NCBI GenBank assembly: GCA_018396635.1 | Contig: JAGTQE010000003.1 | Span: 46,642-110,641, forward strand | Source of the DNA: Candidatus Bathyarchaeota archaeon | GTDB lineage: Archaea; Thermoproteota; Bathyarchaeia; Bathyarchaeales; DTEX01 | Reading direction: 5' to 3' | DNA: 64,000 nt | In this document: piece after piece, positions 60,956 through 64,000 of the stretch | Layout: every line of letters begins with the position of its first letter | Numbering within the stretch: the stretch's first letter is position 1 | Notes under the pieces: generated by a model | What the model saw: only the letters and a program-made list of their open reading frames with translations | Told to the model about the DNA's origin: nothing | The model's database searches: none | Made by a program: the position numbers and the translations under genes

Positions 60956-63277
60956 TTGGAGGAAAAAAAGTTGAAGATCATGGCTAAAGTCTCAATTCCA
61001 TTGATGGCTCTATTGTTACTCCTACTGTTTTCACCGCTAGTAGGTGTTAGCTTAGCTCAGGAGGAGAAGATAGTTTTTAGGAGGCCTTGGGGTTACAATC
61101 CCCCACCAGTTGGGCATTGGAATTACTTTGCTAGCGGATGCCTGCCCACATGGTTGGTTTACGAACCTTTAACACACTACTTCCCAGCAAACGGCTCATA
61201 TTTGCCTCACTTAGCTGAGAACTGGACCTATGAAGACTATATGGTATTCACCTTAAAGCTTAGGAAAGGTGTTAAGTGGCACGATGGTTCAGAGTTTAAC
61301 GCTACAGACATATGGGCAACATGGCATTGCATCTACCTACTTAAGGACAGAGCATGGTACTATCTGAAGAATATAACGATTGTTGATAGCCACACATTAG
61401 TCTTCTACATGAAGGAGAAGAACGACTACTGCCCATTCTATATTCTATGGCACTGGGTAGCCTTACCACGCATGATATACGGGGACATAGCCAGAAGAGT
61501 TTATGAGTTGATTAAGCAGGGCTACGATATATTTGCAGACGAAAAGCCATTCGTTGACCTCAGGACAGAGATGCTAAACCTTAGGCCTGAAAAACCCATC
61601 GGGACAGGGCCATTTAAACTTAAGTCTGTGTCTGAGACTGAGATTGTTCTAGAGAAGTTTGAGGAATATTGGAGGGGAGTTCCAGACATAGATGAAGTTC
61701 ACTTAGTTAGAGTGACGGCTACCGACGTCCTCTGGGCAATGCTATCTGAGGGGTTATTTGACTATCATTGGGCCATTCCAACGAAGGAGCAGCATGACCT
61801 CATGGTGGGCAAACCATACTGGAAGATAATAGGGGTGCCGAGACCAGTTGGGATAACCTTATACTTCAATAATAGGCCAACCCGCCCAGATGGCTCACCA
61901 AACCCACTCTACTATAAGGAGGTTAGGCAAGCTATAGCCTATGGGATAAATAGGACTGAGGTAGCTTATGTTCAGTATCCGGCAGGCGCAACCCCAGCAA
62001 AATATAATGTTGGCTTCAACCCCGCTGGACTATACGCTGTCCTAAATCAGTCCTTTATCGACACTTGGCTTAAAGACTTTACATACGACTATAATCCAGC
62101 GAAAGCTGAGGAGCTGCTGAGAAAAATAGGTTGTACAAAGGGTCCTGATGGCATCTATAGGATGCCGGATGGAACAAAGCTAGAGTTTACAATGAAGGCT
62201 GCGGGATACATTTCAATAGAGGCCATGGAGGCTATAGCAGCCCAGCTATCAAAAATTGGGATTAAAGTAACGCCTATATGGATGGATTCCGCCGTCTTCT
62301 TCTCACCTGAAGGAGACTTCTATCAGGGTCGATATGATATTGGCGTTGGGGTTTACGGCGGAGCCGCATTCAGCTTCGATGAATACTATCACAAATACTT
62401 GCATTTATATCCTGGACATGGGATGAACAAGATTCAACGCGTCCCATGGAGGGCTGAGCCGGTAAATGTTACAGAGCTTATCCTTTATGCGCAAACATAT
62501 CCAGCAAAGTGCACTTTAGAGGAACGCAACGAGATCTACGCTATACTCTCCTACATAACGTGCAGCGAGGTGCCTGTGTTCACATTGTACTCGCCGACGG
62601 CGTACATGTACCTTAATGTGCACACGTTTGGAGGATGGCCTGATCCGAACGACATATATTGGCTCGGCTTAGGCAGCTATGAGGCTCACGGCTCATCATA
62701 TCTATTCAGATGGCTCATGATAAAGCCAAACTTCGACCTAACAATATCCGTTAGCCCAGAGGGTGGAGGAACAACCTCGCCAGCTCCGGGAACAACTAGA
62801 CAAACAAAGGGAACTAAAGTTACGGTTACGGCTACGCCGGCAAGCGGCTTCGCCTTCAAGGAGTGGAGGCTTGATGGGGTTTCTGCCGGAACAAGCCCAA
62901 CGATAACAGTCACTATTGACAAGAAAACGAGTCTTGAGGCAGTATTTGTACCAATGTTCGGCTTAACAATTAAAGTGACTCCCAGTGAGGGTGGCTCAAC
63001 TTCACCAGCTCCAGGAACATACAGCTATGTGATGGGAGATAAGGTTACTGTGACAGCCTCGCCAGCCTTCGGATACACGTTTAAAGAATGGAGGCTTGAT
63101 GGGGTTTCTGCCGGAACAAGCCCAACGATAACAGTCACTATAGATGCTACTCACACGCTTGAGGCTGTGTTTGAAAGGATACCGTACGAGCTATATATTG
63201 GAGTGCCGGTAGCAATAGTTGTAATAGCGCTGGCAGCTTTCTTCCTATTACGTAGGAGGAGAAGAGTAAAAGCGTAG
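60956..63277 (+). CDS. oppA: Family 5 ABC substrate-binding protein with two InlB B-like repeats and C-terminal TM anchor
   Basis: Signal peptide, LRKGVKWHDG, GTGPF, VRQAIAYGINR; tandem 75-aa repeats; TM helix plus RRRR. Confidence 0.92.
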   Translation: MEEKKLKIMAKVSIPLMALLLLLLFSPLVGVSLAQEEKIVFRRPWGYNPPPVGHWNYFASGCLPTWLVYEPLTHYFPANGSYLPHLAENWTYEDYMVFTLKLRKGVKWHDGSEFNATDIWATWHCIYLLKDRAWYYLKNITIVDSHTLVFYMKEKNDYCPFYILWHWVALPRMIYGDIARRVYELIKQGYDIFADEKPFVDLRTEMLNLRPEKPIGTGPFKLKSVSETEIVLEKFEEYWRGVPDIDEVHLVRVTATDVLWAMLSEGLFDYHWAIPTKEQHDLMVGKPYWKIIGVPRPVGITLYFNNRPTRPDGSPNPLYYKEVRQAIAYGINRTEVAYVQYPAGATPAKYNVGFNPAGLYAVLNQSFIDTWLKDFTYDYNPAKAEELLRKIGCTKGPDGIYRMPDGTKLEFTMKAAGYISIEAMEAIAAQLSKIGIKVTPIWMDSAVFFSPEGDFYQGRYDIGVGVYGGAAFSFDEYYHKYLHLYPGHGMNKIQRVPWRAEPVNVTELILYAQTYPAKCTLEERNEIYAILSYITCSEVPVFTLYSPTAYMYLNVHTFGGWPDPNDIYWLGLGSYEAHGSSYLFRWLMIKPNFDLTISVSPEGGGTTSPAPGTTRQTKGTKVTVTATPASGFAFKEWRLDGVSAGTSPTITVTIDKKTSLEAVFVPMFGLTIKVTPSEGGSTSPAPGTYSYVMGDKVTVTASPAFGYTFKEWRLDGVSAGTSPTITVTIDATHTLEAVFERIPYELYIGVPVAIVVIALAAFFLLRRRRRVKA
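62864..63141 (+). repeat. Exact 53-bp direct repeat within the SBP stalk
   Basis: 62864-62916 is identical to 63089-63141 (offset 225 nt = 75 codons). Confidence 0.9.
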
Positions 63278-63296
63278 AGAAGGGGAGAGAAGAAGG

Positions 63297-64000
63297 GTGC
63301 GCTGGGTCATTAGAAGGCTGATTACTGCGGCGATAACGATCTTTGCATCCATAACCATTGTTTTTTTCCTTATACGTGTGATGCCGGGCAACCCAATTGA
63401 CGTGATGGTTGCCCAACTAATTATGCAGGGATTAGATCCCGAGGAAGCTTATCGGAGAGTATTGGCCATAGTTCCATTCGTTCCCACAGACCCGCTTTGG
63501 AAACAGTATATAGATTATATGAGGGGGGTCTTATCCGGAGACTTAGGTAGATCGATTCTCTATGCCGCGCCTGTAACCCAGATACTAATATATGGCATAC
63601 CATGGACAGTCTTCCTAATTTCAATATCGCTTATAATAAGCTTCTCCCTTGGAATAGTCCTCGGAATGTACATAGCCTATAAAAGGGGTGGAATATTAGA
63701 CAGATTCTTCTCAGTCTTCAGCTCGGTTACCCGCGCAATACCGCCCTACGTTATAGCGGTCCTCGTAATAATCATCCTTGGGGTTCAACTAAAGCTGTTC
63801 TGGGATCCATACAGAGGCCCAATAATAGGACCATATGATCCTCGCCTGAAACCAGGCTTTACTCTAGAATTCATATCAAGCGTATTTTATTATGCAACCC
63901 TACCAATATTATCATATGTCCTTACAACATTTGGAATATGGGTTCTGCAGATGAAGAGTAGCACAGTCAGCGTTCTAGGAGAATATTATATTATGGCTGC
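63297..64000 (+). CDS. oppB: Opp/Dpp-type ABC permease (3'-truncated)
   Basis: GTG start reads MRWVIRRLITAAITIFASITIVFFLIRVMPGNPI; frame open to the window end near VLGEYYIMA (EAA-loop region). Confidence 0.9.
   Translation, partial: MRWVIRRLITAAITIFASITIVFFLIRVMPGNPIDVMVAQLIMQGLDPEEAYRRVLAIVPFVPTDPLWKQYIDYMRGVLSGDLGRSILYAAPVTQILIYGIPWTVFLISISLIISFSLGIVLGMYIAYKRGGILDRFFSVFSSVTRAIPPYVIAVLVIIILGVQLKLFWDPYRGPIIGPYDPRLKPGFTLEFISSVFYYATLPILSYVLTTFGIWVLQMKSSTVSVLGEYYIMA

Overview
Core chromosomal region of an archaeon. The gene set suggests Bathyarchaeia or a related TACK lineage (inference from PolD DP1/DP2, Elf1, single-OB SSB, Ftr/FmdE/CofD, GGGP synthase, and many carbohydrate and ABC genes). 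The window holds a replication origin: an AT-rich intergenic region with three ORB elements next to cdc6 and DP1. Directly beside it is an uncharacterised three-gene module (small wHTH, membrane-anchored coiled-coil wHTH, HTH-like protein) with a dense array of TGTGA/TCACA palindromes, a candidate origin-tethering or segregation system. Other notable items are a large structured RNA leader upstream of ssb/TRAM, a small structured RNA upstream of valS, a catalytically degenerate thiolase next to a DUF35-HMG-CoA synthase fusion, a 17-aa DVGG-repeat bactofilin-like protein, two KaiC modules (one coupled to an AEP primase-like gene), two small ORFs below the ORF-track cutoff, and a polysaccharide-utilisation locus at the right end. 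I found no rRNA, intact tRNA, CRISPR array or mobile element. All family calls come from motif recognition by eye; no database searches were run.
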